Source: Squalus acanthias
Taxonomy: Eukaryota
Assembly (NCBI GenBank): GCA_030390025.1
Contig: JASTWF010000121.1
Location: 806,001-870,000 of the forward strand
Direction: 5' to 3'
DNA length: 64,000 nucleotides
Shown: piece by piece, positions 39,756-52,895 of the stretch
How the letters are laid out: each line of letters opens with the position of its first letter
Position numbering within the stretch: the first letter of the stretch is position 1
Notes under the pieces: model-generated
Database searches by the model: none
What the model saw: the letters and a program-made list of their open reading frames with translations, nothing else
Told to the model about the DNA's origin: nothing
Program-made: the position numbers and the translations under genes

Positions 39756-40732
39756 AGAGATGGGGAGGTCAGAGTTACTAACTGACATCTCCCAGTGAGC
39801 AGTGGAAAACAGTAGAATCTGCTTCCACCCTCCCCCACCCTCCCCCTTTCCCCACCCCCACCCTCGCCCCCCTCCCCCACCCTCCCCCCCACCCCCGCCC
39901 CCACCCCACCCCACTCCTCTCACTCCCCCAACCTGCACCCCCAGAAGTTGTCGGAGGAACATGTGTTTGAAATACAGCTGATCTATATTTAAAATACAAA
40001 GAGAGCTCAGCAAGCTTCACACCTGGGCTGATTAATGAGGAAGCGAGTTCAGTCCCAATCAATGAAAGGTGCCGCTGATTTTGGTAGTAGGTATGTCCAC
40101 GGGTAGGACAACACTTGCTGTGCAGGAAGTTAAAGCAAACCCAGAACAATCCTTTCAGATACAGCCAGGGCAGGAGGGCGCAGTCAGGATTGTAAAGGCC
40201 AAGTTTAGGAGAGATTTCTTTGAAGATGGTAATCAAAAGCTGGAATGGGTTACCAGGGGAGGCCAGGACACTGGACGGGTTTAATAAACAGCTGGATGCT
40301 GCGATGGGGCCAAGGTAGCATTGGAATTCCGGAAGGATGAGATTGAATGGACCGAGGGCCTTCTTTATCTGAACCTACATCCGAATCTTGTGCTGGGAAT
40401 GGTGAAATATCACTGAAACTGGCAGCTTCCCCCCGCCCCCTGATTTTCTGCTCCTTTTAATCCCAACCTCCACAGTAATGGTGCCAGGATCCTATCCAGC
40501 AGCAGTTCTGAGTTCAGTTGCAGTGTGTGTGCTTTGGGGCTGACTGTGGGATTGCCGGCCAGTGCAGTGCAATGTGGAAGAGGGATGTTTAAAACAACTC
40601 GGCTATAAATTAGTGATAATACACAATATCCATTCGTAAACATACAGGAGATTTTAGAATAGCTTCCGTTTCAAGTTATTCTGTTTTGTGGTTCCTGATC
40701 TGTTCTGATCTTCAGTTATTTACTATTCACAG

Positions 40733-41086
40733 GTCTAAAGGCAAGTACGGTTCTTATCCAGTCCCCAGAGGTTGTGAAGGTGTCCGAGGGTCAAACGGTG
40801 CAGTTTCGGTGTGCCTTGGAGAGCAGCAATGTGGATTACCGTGTGGGCAGATATACTGTACATTGGTACCTCTCACAAGATAGGAATCACATAATATTAA
40901 CTCATTATGTAGATGGCGAGGTTTACCGGTCACCCGGCTTCTCTGAGCGGTTTCAGCTTTCCAGAGATGTTGCCAGTAACAGCTTCACTCTGACCATCAG
41001 TGACCTGGAGCGCAGTGACTCCGCTGTTTATCTCTGTGGCATTTGGGGAAGAATCTATGGAAATGGAACCCTGCTGAATGTAACCA
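40733..41086 (+). CDS. Exon 2: V-set Ig domain 1 with germline-joined J-like segment
   Basis: Acceptor ttcacAG, donor A|GTAAGT, phase 1-1. Translation VLIQSP..EGQTVQFRC..VHWY..ERFQLSRD..SFTLTISDLERSDSAVYLCGIWGRIYGNGTLLNVT has B-strand Cys, C-strand Trp, DxAxYxC and GxGT. Confidence 0.93.
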
Positions 41087-41389
41087 GTAAGTACTTTCTA
41101 CATTATATTAACTTTATACCTAATAATGTTACTGTACCAGCATCTTGTTTAAATGTTATACAAACTGTTCCTTTTACAGTAACAACACTGAGTTTTAACT
41201 ACAGAATGGAGGATGGAACCTGGTCCCAACTCAGTTTGTTGTTAATTGAACAAATGAGTTTGTGCACATGGTGGGACAAAATCTCTCTCAGAATTCATGG
41301 TGAAATACATGTCGAAGGAAAAGTGCAGCTTAGTAGGGGTTGCGGAGACCTACCTGGGAGATATATATATATATATATATAAACACATT

Positions 41390-43375
41390 GCATCTATCAG
41401 AGATCAAATCTGCACTGATCACGTCACCATGGGTGGCCCAGCTGTGCATGGGATGGGGGGGAGGTGGGGGAAGGAAAAAGGTCAGAAAAGCAATAGTGGC
41501 AGGGGATTCGATAGTTCGGGGAGCAGACAAGCGTTTCTGCGGCCGCAGACGTGACTCCAGGATGGTATGTTCCCTCCCTGGTGCCAGGGTCAAGGATGTC
41601 ACTGAATGGCTGCAGGACATTCTGAGGGGGGAGGGTGAACAGCCAGAGGTCGTGGTCCATATCGGTACCAATGACATAGGTAGAAAGAGTGATGAGGTCC
41701 TGCAGGCAGATTTTAGGGAGCTAGGAAAGAGATTAAAAAGCAGGACCTCAAAGGTAGTAATCTCCGGATTACTCCCGGTATCACGTGCTAGTGAGTACAG
41801 AAACAGGAGGATAGAGCAGATGAATGCTGTGGCTGGAGAGTTGGTGCAGGAGGGAGGGCTTTAGATTCCAGAGGCATTGGGACCGTTTCTGGGGGAGGTG
41901 GGACCTGTACAAGCCGGACGGGTTGCACCTCAACAGTGCCGGAATCAATATCCTCGCAGAGGGGTTTGCTAGTGCTGTTGGGGAGGGTTTACACTAGCTT
42001 CGCAGGGGGATGGGAATTTGAATGTAGATTCAGAAGGGAGAGAGATGCAAAGCTGGAAATGGAAGGCAGTAAATTAGTGAGTGAGTTTGGAAGGCAGAGG
42101 AAACAAAGGCTAGAAAATAGACAACAAAGGGGTTTGGCAGTGCTTAATGGTATATACTTCAATGCAAGGAGTCTAGGGAATAAGGCAGATGAGCTGAGGG
42201 CACAGATAGACACGTGGGATTATGAGATCATAGCCATTACTGAGACATGGCTGAAATAAGGGCAGGAATGGAAGCTCAACATTCCTGGTTACAGGGTTAT
42301 CAGACGAGATAGAGAGGGGGATAAAAAACGAGGGGGTCGCAATATTGGTTAAAGAAACAATTACAGCTGTGAGGAGGGATGATAGGTTAGAAGGATCATC
42401 AAATGAGGCCCTATGGGTTGAACTGCAGAACAAAAAAGTGGCAATTACACTGCTGGGAGTGTACTATAGACCCCCAAATAGTCAGAGCGAGATAGAAGAG
42501 CAAATATGTAGACACATTTCTGAGAAGTGCAAAAACAATAGGGCAGTAATAGTAGGGGATTTCAACTACCCTAACATTAACTAGGATAGAATCAGTGTAA
42601 AATGTATAGAGGGCGCAGAATTCTTAAAATGCATTCAGGAGAACTTTTTTAGCCAGTAAGTAGCAAGTCCAACAAGAGAGGGGCAGTTTTAGGGACTGAA
42701 GCTGGGCAGGTGGAAGGGGTATCAGTGGGAGAGTATTTTGGTGGTAGTGATCATAATTCAGTTAGATTTAGCGTAGTTATGGAAAAGGACAAAGATAGAC
42801 CAGGAGTAAAAGTTCTCAATTGGAGAAAGGCCAATTTTACTAAGCTGATGTGATTTAGCAAAAGTGGACTGGAAACAGCTGCTTGAAGGTAAGTCAGTGT
42901 CAGAGCAGTGGGAGGCATTCAAGGAGGAGATCGTGAGGGGACAGAGAAAATATGATCACTCAAAGAAAAGGGGAGGGACTCCCAAATCTAGAGCCCCCTG
43001 GAGGTCAAGGGGCATACAGGGTAGGATAAGGCAAAAAAGGGAAGCTTATGTCAGACACCGAGAGCTAAATACTGCAGAAAGACTAGAGGAGTATAGAAAG
43101 TGCAGGAGTGAAATTAAAAAGGAAATTAGGAAAGCAAAGAGAGGACATGAAAAATATTGGCAAGTAACATCAAGGGAAACCCAAAGATGTTTTATAAATA
43201 AATAAAGAGCAGGAGGATAACTAAGGAAAGAGTCGGGCTTATTAGAGACCAAAAAGGTAACCTGTGTGTGGAGGTGGAAGTGTGGGTATGGCTGGACAGC
43301 AGTTTTTCAGCCAGCACAGACACGATGGGCTGAATGGCCTCCTTCTGTGCCATAAATTAATATAATTTTATGATC
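41390..43375 (+). mobile_element. CR1 5' part (SGNH-esterase ORF1 + APE) with a large internal deletion
   Basis: VAGDSIVRG, CSLPGA and VVHIGTND in ORF1, APE motifs, abrupt join to the 3' tail. Preceded by (AT)n at 41360-41380. Confidence 0.88.
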
Positions 43376-44661
43376 AATGCAAACAAATGATCCCGTGACA
43401 GTTTCCAAGCTACAATAAATCATTCTTAAGCTTGCGAATGTAATTTCGGAATGTGCAATCGGCTTTCATAATGACTGGGCGGCAAAGAAGAACGTCTCAT
43501 TTTGGAGTTGAAACCCAGCCAACTATTTAATAATGTAGCACCGTGAGAACCTCTTCCGTGGGCCTGGAATTTGCCCAATACACACAGAATGTAACGGGCC
43601 TGGGAGGGTGTGACCCAGAGAGAGAACATGGCCAACCTGGTAGGAAGCCTGAAGTCTGTAAACTAAAAATGTATGATTTAAACAAACACATCAATGTAAA
43701 GCAAGAATGAGACTGTATAGGAGTGATTTTGTAATCCTCGCCCACTGGGAAAATATATTGAAAGTTCAGCAGATACCGCCCATGATTTTCTGACCGTCTG
43801 GCAGCGAGATTCCCTGCAGAGGTATGGTCTCGTAAAATTGCCCCTAAATATACAGAGCAGTGTAAAGCCCAGCTGGACATTTGCCTTCGTAAAAAACCCT
43901 CTGCAAAAGAAGTTGTTTCCTTGTGTCCAATGCCAGGCACCACTTCGAAAGGCAAGTGCACATTTCCTATAAGCACCACTTGGAGAAAGCACTGAGGGTA
44001 GCAAGGGCACAGAATGTACTCTGTCTAGACGCTTCAATGTCCATCTCCAAGGCTCGGTAGCACCACCACTGACCGAGCTGGCCGAGTCCTGAGGGACATT
44101 GCAGCCAGACTGGGCTTGTGGCAGGTGGTGAGAGGACCAACATGAGGGAATTACTTATTTGACTTTGTCCTCCCCAAACTACAACAACTTGTATTTATTA
44201 TTGTGTAAAACATCCCGCGGCGCTTCACAGGAGCGATTATCAGACAACATTTGACACCGAGCCGCATAAGGAGATATTAGGACAGGTGACACGTGTTGTA
44301 ACTTCTTTGTAAATCAGAGCCGTTGAAGATGCTGCTGGGGCCGAGGGGATTCGCTATGAATCCGAAAATTTCAGAAGCTGATGGATCCAGAGACAGAGAC
44401 CCAAGAATATAAAAGGCGTAACTGTGTGACAGGCTTTCACGTGTAGCAGAAGTGGCAAATGTAGGTCTCCACGGACATGGGCAACTAGGTGTGCCCGGGC
44501 CAATTCCAGACTCCTGAGGTACAAGTTCATCACTCATTCTGCCCCCTCCCCGAACTCCTCTTCCTCCTCCAAATCCACGGGAGCCACTGGCAAGGCCCAA
44601 TGGAATCTCCACACTGAGCAGTGTGGTTAGAGAGGAGATTCACAGCTTGACAGCAACAATG

Positions 44662-46940
44662 TCCATCACAGTCCTTACTTGTGCCTTGTAGATGGTGGAA
44701 AGATTTTGGGGAGTCAGGAGGTGAGACACTCGCCGCAGAATACCCAGCCTCTGACCTGCTCTTGTAGCCACTGTATTTATGTGGCTGGTCCAGTTAAGTT
44801 TTTGGTCAATGGTATCGCCCAGGATGTTGATGGTGGGAGATTCGGCGATGCTAATGCCGTTGAATGTCAAGGGGCGGTGGTTAGGCTCTCGCTTGTTGGA
44901 GATAGTCATTGCCTGGCACTTCTGTGGCGCGAATGTTACCTGCCACTTATCAGCCCAAGCCTGAATGTCGTCCAGGTCTTGTTGCATGCATGGACATGGA
45001 CTGCTTCATTATCTGAGGAGTTGTGAATGGCACTGAACACTGTGCAGTCATCAGCGAACATCGCCATTTATGACCTTATGTTGGATGGAAGGTCATTGAT
45101 GAAGCAGCTGAAGATGGTTGGGCCTAGAACACTGCCCTGAGGAGCTCCTGCAGCGATGTCCTAGGGCTGTGATGATTGACCTTCAACCATCACAAACACC
45201 TTCCTTTGTGCTAGATATGACTCCTGCCAGTGGAGAGTTTTCCCCCCGATTCCCATTGACTTCAGTTTCACTAGGGCTACTGATGTCACTTCGGTCAAAT
45301 GCTGCCTTGATGTCAAGGGCAGTAACTCTCACCTCACCTCTGGAATTCAGCTCCTTTGTCCATGTTTGGACCAAGGCTGTAATGAGGTCAGGAGTTGAGT
45401 GGTCTTGGCGGGACCCAAACTGGGCAGCAGTGAGCAGGTTATTGGTGAGTAAGTGCCGCTTGATTGCACTGTCGATGACACCTTCCAACATGTTGCTGAT
45501 GATTGAGAGTAGACTGATGGGGCGGTAATTGGCCGGATTGGATTTGTCCTGCTTTTTGTGGACAGAAAATACCTGGGCAGTTTTACACATTATCGGATAG
45601 ATGGCGGTGTTGTAGCTGTACTGGAACAGCTTGGCTAGAGGTGCGGCTAGTACTGGAGCACAAGTCTTCAGCACAATAGCCAGGATGTTGTTGGGGCCCA
45701 TAGCCTTTGCTGTATCCAGTGCGCTCAGTTGTTTCTTGATATCACATGGAGTGAATGGAATTGGCTGAAGACTGGCTTCTGTAATGGTGGGGACCTCAGG
45801 AGTAGGCCAGTATGGATCATCCACTCGGCACTTCTGGCTGAAGATGGTTGCAAACGCTTCAGCCTTGTCTTTTGCACTCACATGCTGGGCTCCACCATCT
45901 TTGAGGATGGGGATATTCATGGAGCCTCCTCCTCCCGTTAGTTGTTTAATGGTCCACCACCATTCACGACTGGATGTGACAGGACTGCAGAGATTTGATC
46001 TGATCCGTTGATTGTGGGCTCGCTTAGCCCTGCCTATAGCATGTTGTTTCCGCATTTTAGCATGCATGTAGTCCTGTGTTGAAGCTTCCCAAGGTTGGCA
46101 CCTCATTCTTAGGTACGCCTGGTGCTGCTCCTGGCATGGTCTTTTACACACCTCTTTGAACCAGGGTTGGTCCCCTGGCCTGATGGTAATGGTAGAGTGA
46201 GGGATATGCCGGGCCATGAGGTTACAGATTGTGGTGGAATACAACTCTGCTGCTGCTGAAGTGCCACACAACACGATGGAGGATGTCGACCGTGTGAAGA
46301 TGGGACTTCGTTTCCACAATGACTGTGCAGTGGTCACTGCTACCAATGCTGTCCACGACAGATGCATTCTCGACAGGTAGATTGGTGAGGACGAGGTCAA
46401 GTAGGTTTTTCCCTCGTGTTGCAGGCCCAGACTGGCAGCTATGTCCTTCAGGACTCGGCCAGCTCGGTCAGAAGTGGTGCTACCGAGCCTCTCTTGGTGA
46501 TGGACATTGAAGTCCCCCACCCAGAGTACAGTCTGTGCCCTTGCTACTCTCGGTGCTTCTTCCAAGTGGTGTTCAACATGGAGGACTACTGATTCATCAG
46601 TTGAGGGAGGGCAGTGGGTGGTAATCAGCAGGATGATTCCTTGTCCATGCTTGACCTGAAGCCATGAGACTTCATGGTGTCCGGAGTTAATGTTGAGGAC
46701 TCCCAGGGCCACTCCTTCCTGATTGTATACCAGTTTGCCGCCACCCTTGGTGGGTCTGTCCTGCCGGTGGGTCAGGCCATACCCAGGGATGGTGATGGAG
46801 GAGCATGGGACATTGGTTGAAAGGTATGATTCTGTGGGTATGACTGTGTCAGGCTGTTGCTTGACTAGTCTGTGGGACAGCTCTCCCAATTTTGGCACAA
46901 GTTCCCACATGTTGGTGAGGAGGACTTTGCAGGGTTAACT
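44662..46940 (-). mobile_element. Subfamily-B CR1/Jockey-group LINE ORF2
   Basis: 575-aa ORF 45183-46910 with APE and RT N-terminal motifs, continued by the ORF at 44640-44987. Confidence 0.88.
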
Positions 46941-47086
46941 GAGCTTTTCATAGCAGACCATATAATTATAAATTGTTTAGAATTTACTGAAGCTAAGGTG
47001 AGCTGCCTACATTTTTAATTGAAAGACTTCAGTCATTTATCAACGTTCAGACCAGTTTTTAAGTTATTGATATTTTTCCCTTAAAG

Positions 47087-47434
47087 GTGCAAATGCTCCA
47101 GTCCTTCTCCAGTCTCCGAGCCTGGAACGTGTCACAGAGGGTCACTCGGCGAGGTTACAGTGCACCATGCGGAACGCCAGAGTGAGAGACACCGATGTCC
47201 ACTGGTACCGCCGGCAACTACCAGGGCAAGATATGGAGCTGGTTTTAACACATGAGGCAAGTGGCAGCACACGAGGGAGCCCAGGTTCCACTGACCGTCT
47301 CCAGCCTTCCAGAGACACCTCCAATAACAGCTTCATTCTGACAATCACAAAGGTGCAGTCCAGTGACACTGCCGCCTATTACTGTAAAGTGTGGGGAGAT
47401 ATCAGCGGGAATGGAACCCAGCTCAATGTAACCA
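47087..47434 (+). CDS. Exon 3: V-set Ig domain 2 with germline-joined J-like segment
   Basis: Acceptor tttcccttaaAG, donor A|GTAAGT, phase 1-1. Translation APVLLQSP..EGHSARLQC..VHWYRRQLPGQ..SFILTITKVQSSDTAAYYCKVWGDISGNGTQLNVT. Confidence 0.93.
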
Positions 47435-47691
47435 GTAAGTATAAGTTACATTTAGTTTTATTCACAATAGCGTCACCACATAGGGGGTAATTCTGCAACC
47501 TTACACTCCCAGTAGAGAGGTACACACACTGGGAGCATGGACTGGAGAATTGGGGCTGTGATGTTGTGGCCCGATCTCTGACCCACATTCCATGGGACTG
47601 TGGCTCCTCACTGGGAGCACGGCATTGTGGAACCCCTCTTATATACACACTTCACTTCTGGATAGAACTGATAAGCTTCACAAACTTGATG

Positions 47692-50600
47692 TACCTAGCA
47701 GAAGTTGAACGCCAACTCTCCGACACCTCCTCCTACCTTCACCTGGACCATGACCCCACTACCGAACATCAAGCCACTGTTTCCAAGACTGTCACTGACC
47801 TCATCTCCTCTGGAGATCTTCTCCCCACGGCCGCCAACCTCATAGTTCCCCAGCCCCGCACAGCCCACTTCTACCTCCTTCTCAAGATCCACAAACAGGA
47901 CTGCCCCGGTAGACCCATCGTTTCAGCCTGTTCTTGCCCCACAGAACTTATCTCTTCCTATCTCAACTCTATTTTTTCTCCCCTTGTCCAGTCTCTTCCC
48001 ACCTACAACCGCGATTCTTCTGACGCCCTCCGCCACTTTAACAGTTTCCAGTTTCCTGGCCCCAACCGCCTCCTTTTCACCATGGACGTACAATCACTCT
48101 ACACCTCACTTGTTCTCACATTGAACAACTTCTCCTTTGACTCCACTCATTTCCTCCAAATCAAAGGTGTTGCTATGGGTACCCGCATGGGTCCTAGCTA
48201 TGCCTGCCTTTTCGTGGGATATGTGGAACACTCTTTGTTCCAGTCCTACTCGGGTCCCCTCCCTCACCTCTTTTTCCGGTACATTGACGACTGTATCGGT
48301 GCCGTTTCCTGCTCTCGCCCTGAACTAGACAATTTCATTCACTTTGCCTCCAATTTCCACCCTTCCCTCATAAGAACATAAGAACATAAGAACATAAGAA
48401 ATAGGAGCAGGACTAGGCCAATCGGCCCCTCGAGCCTGCTCCGCCTCTCAATAAGATCATGGCCGATCCGATCCTAACCGCCAATCTACTATCACAGAAC
48501 CATCTCCTGCATCTAACAGAATTGCACACACGAAATAGGAGCAGAATCAGGCTACACGGTCCCTGGGCCCGCTCCACTACCCACAGGGCCATGACCGATC
48601 CGAACCTAGACTCATGTCCAAATTCCTGCCCGCTCCCCGTAACCCTTAATGCCCTTTACTTCTAGGAAACTGTCTATTTCTGTTTTAAATTTATTTAATG
48701 ATGTAGCTTCTACAGCTTTTTGTGGCAGCATATTCCATGGACCTACCACCCTCTGAGTGAAGTAGTTCCTCCTCATCTCAGTTTTGAAAGAGCAGCCCCT
48801 TATTCTAAGACTATGTCCCCTAGTTCTAGTCTCACCCGTCATCGGGAACATCCTTCCCGCATCCACCCGATCCAACCCCTTCACAATCTTATATGTTTCA
48901 ATAAGATCGCCTCTCATTCTTCTGAACTCCAATGAGTAGAGTCCCAATCTACCCAACCTCTCCTCATATGACCACCCCCTCATCCCCGGGATTAACCGAG
49001 TGAACCTTTTTTGCACGGCCTCGAGAGCAAGGATGTCTTTCCTTAAGTAAGGACACCAAAACTGTATGCAGTATTCCAGGTGCGGTCTCACCAATACCTT
49101 GTACAACTGAAGCAATACCTCCCTATTTTTATATTCTATCCCCCTAGCAATGAAAGCCAACATTCCATTTGCCTTCTTAATCACTTGCTGCACCTGCATA
49201 CTAACCTTTTGAGTTTCGTGCACCAGGACCCCCAGATCCCTTTGCACTTCAGTACTCTCCAGTTTCTTGCCATTAAGATAATAAATTGCTCTAGGATTTT
49301 TCCTGCCAAAGTGCATCACCTCACACTTTCCAGTGTTGTGTTCCATCTGCCAAATCTCTGCCCACTTACTTAGCCTGTCTATGTCCCCTTGCAGGTTTTT
49401 TATGTCCTCCTCACTCACTACTTTCCCTCCCATCTTTGTATCATCTGCAAATTTTGATATGTTACACTTGGTCCCTTCCTCCAAATCACCTTCACATGGT
49501 CCATCTCCAACTCTTCCCTTCCCTTCCTCAACTTCTCCATCTCCATCTCTGGGGATAGGTTATTGACCAACATTCACTGCAAGCCCACTGACTCCCACAG
49601 CTACCTGGACTACACTTCCTCCCACCCCGCCTCCTGTAAGGACTCTATTCCCTTCTCCCAGTTTCTCCATCTCCGCCGCATCTGCTCCGACGATGCCACC
49701 TTCCATACCAGTGCTTCCGACATGTCTTCCTTTTTCCTCAACCGAGGATTCCCCTCTACCATGGTCGACACGGCCCTCGACCGTGTCCGTTCTATCTCCC
49801 GCATTTCTGCCCTCACCCCGGCCCCTCCCTCCCGGAACCACAATAGAGTTCCCCTTGTCCTCACCTTTCACCCCACCAGCATCCACATTCAACGGATCAT
49901 CCTCCGCCATTTCCGCCACCTCCAACGTAATCCCACCATCAAACGTATCTTCCCCTCACCTCCCCTTTCAGCATTCCGTAGGGATCGCTCCCTCCAAGAC
50001 ACCCTAGTCCACTCCTCTACCACCCCCAGCACCCCTTCCCCCTCGCCCGGCACCTTCCCGTGCAAGCGCAGGAGATGCAACACCTGCCCTTATACCTCCC
50101 CACTTCCCACTGTCCAGGGCCCGAAACACCCCTTCCAGGTGAAACAGCGATTTACTTGTACTTCTTGTAATCTAGTATACTGTATTCACTGCTCACGATG
50201 TGGTCTCCTCTACATTGGGGAGACCAAACGCAGATTGGGTGGCCGCTTTGCGGAACACCTCCGTTCAGTCCGTAAGGGTGACCCCGAGCTTCCGGTCGCC
50301 TGTCACTTTAATTCACCGCTCCACTCCCACTCTGACCTCACCGTCTTCGGCCTCGTGCATTGTTCCACAGAAGCTCAGCGTAATCTCGAGGAACTGCACC
50401 TCATCTTCCGATTAGGCACTTTACAGCTATCCGGACTCAATATCGAGTTCAACAATTTCAGATCATAACCTCGGCCCCTACCATAAATATAAATATAAAT
50501 ATATATATTATACATTTTATCCACCCTTTTGGTTCGTGCCTTTTCCCTTTTTTCTCTCTCCCCCCATGGCAGCTGTCTCTCATTCTGCCAGCATTTCACA

Positions 50601-50870
50601 TTTCACACTTCTGAGCCACCTTTTGTTTCTTAACCTGTCCTATTACCATCTCGTCTTGCCTTGAGCATCTCTGAATGTCTCTACTTACCACAGACCACCC
50701 CTTTTGTTCTTTTATTCCTCCCCCCAGCCTCCCCCTTGCTTTTTCATCTGTTTCATTTCCTGCTTTTTTCTCAGTTCTGACGAAGGGTTTCGACCTGAAA
50801 CGTTAACTCTGTTTCTCTCTCCACGGATGTTGCCTGGCCTGCTGAGTTTTTCCAGCGTTTTCTGTTGTTG
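47692..50870 (+). mobile_element. Penelope-like element (RT + GIY-YIG), internally deleted and split by a CR1 insertion
   Basis: RT motifs PGRPIVS, GVAMGTRMGPSYA and FFRYIDD. GIY-YIG motif NLVYCIHCSRCGLLYIGETKRRL. 3' pseudo-LTR with a hammerhead-like core near 50773. Confidence 0.9.
48370..49486 (-). mobile_element. CR1 LINE 3' portion inserted in the Penelope element
   Basis: ORF 48612-49484 (KFADDTK, RPHLEYC, FRRMRGDLIE) and (CATAAGAA)n tail at 48370-48400. Same 3'UTR subfamily as 9201-9863. Confidence 0.9.
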
Positions 50871-51594
50871 TAAATACTGTGTTTAGCCTAGAAAGTGATT
50901 TCAGTTATACTGACAGCAACCAGGAACTCTAAGGCGATTTAATTCGTTTAAAAATTCAACATTTCTAAACGTTAAAACGCACGTAATCCGTTACAGTGCA
51001 ACCCAGCAGTAGATATTTTGTCAATAATTTCTCACTTTTTCTGTGCCTATTTTCTCCTTGTGACGGTCCAGTCCACAGGCACTGACTCCTTGCTCAAGTT
51101 GCCAAACACACCCACACATATCTCCACCCCTGGCACATTACATCCCACCGCCCCTCACATCTCCTCCACTGGCCCCACAACCCCGATCTAATTCCTCAGC
51201 TGATTTTTATGTTGCTCCTTTCCATTCCATACAGGATTCAATCATTTTCCACAAATTCGCCTGAAATAATGATTCCTGATTAAGTTGTATAAAAATATCA
51301 TTTCAAATTTGGACTGGGTGTATTGGTTGATGGGATTTGCGATGTACTGGGCAGAGGAACTGTTTAATCTCGTACCAAGTGCAGTTATTGAAATAGGGCA
51401 GGGATGACCATAACTAGGATAATATTCAGACCAACACCATGCAATCTGTTTTTTAGGTTCTTGCTGTCCTTTGAGAGAATTGTCTCAGAATTCATGCTGT
51501 TCTCACTCAGCAGTCCCATTGGCCTCTTTCATGCTCCTACTTCCTTCTGTTTGAATCAAACTTTGATAAAGTTTACCCTGTATTATGCAGGCTC

Positions 51595-52180
51595 TTATAG
51601 AATCTTACAGCACAGGAGGAGGCCATTCGGCCCATCGTGCCTGTGCCGGCTCTTTGAAAGAGCTCTCCAATTAGTCCCACTCCCCCTGCTCTTTCCCCAC
51701 AGCCCTGGAATTGTTTCCTTTTCAAGTATTTAATCAATTACCTTTTGAAAGTTACTATTGAATCTGCTTCCACCGCCCTTTCAGGCAGCGCATTCCAGAT
51801 CACAACAACTCGCTACGTAAAACAAATTCTCATTCCTTGCTTTTGTACTCTATGCCTCTATTTATAAAGCCCAGGATCCCGTGTGCTTTTTTAACAACTT
51901 GTCCTGTCACTATGAAGATTTTTGTATGTGAACCCCAAGGTCTCTCTGTTCCTGCACCCCCTTTAAGATTGAACCATTTTGTTTATATTGCCTCTCCTCA
52001 TTTTTCTTTCTAATATGCATCACTTCACACTTCTCTGCATTAAATTGAATCTGCCATGTGTCTGCCCATTTCACCAGTCCTCCTGGAGTCTGCTACTATC
52101 CTCCTCAATCTTTACTACATTTCCCAGTATTGTGTCATCTGCAAACTTTGAAATGATGCCCTCTATGCCCCAGTCCATTC
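51595..52180 (-). mobile_element. CR1 3' fragments
   Basis: Homologous to 1540-2500. Confidence 0.75.
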
Positions 52181-52484
52181 TCAGCATTTAAAAAACCTGC
52201 TTCATGTCCTCTCTCAATGAAATATCCTTGCTCCAGTGAGAACTAAGCTCATTCTAGCATCACACTTGTTAACCGATCCAAAATCCTTTGCGCTGCTCTT
52301 CTGAGCCCTCTCCAATGTGTCACTGCCCCTATGAAGATAGGGCCACAAACATTCACAGCCCTCGGACACTCTGTCACCATAACTCTGGTGGGAGTGCGTG
52401 GGAGGGCTGCAAATTATTCTTGGATCCGGATGTGCCTGGTCCCAGCCTTCCATTGCCTTGTGAAGGTAACAGGGTTAGACACTA

Positions 52485-52895
52485 AAAGAAAGAACTTGAA
52501 TTTATATAGCGCCTCTCATGACCTTGGGATGTCCCAAAGTGCTTTACAGCCAATGAAGTACATTTGAAGTGTAGTCACTGTTATAATGTAGGAATCACAC
52601 AACATCCCACAAACAGCGATTAAATAAATGGCCAGATCATCTGTTTTAGGGATACATGTTGGCCTGGACACTGGGAGAACTCCCCAGCTAATCTTCATAT
52701 AATGCCGTGGGATCTTTTACATCCACCTGAGATGGCAAACTTGGTTTAACATCTCATTTCAATGATGGCACCTCCAACAGTGCAGCACACCCTCAATACT
52801 GGAGTATCGAGATACATGCTGAAGTGTGTGGGGACTTGAACCCACAACCTTCTGACTCAGAGGCAAGCGTGCTACCAACTGAGCCATGGCTGACA
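52485..52895 (-). mobile_element. Deu-like tRNA SINE
   Basis: Homologous to 32325-32785. Confidence 0.7.

Noticed and set aside
43426-44037. Minus-strand ORFs and an acceptor-like site in a unique stretch
   Set aside because: No recognisable domain in any frame and no supporting partner exons.
40733-47434. Rearranging Ig/TCR V segments, or a retroposed rearranged gene
   Set aside because: There is no RSS after the second Cys, J-like motifs are in the same exon, there is no C domain, and introns are intact. An origin by ancient germline joining cannot be excluded.
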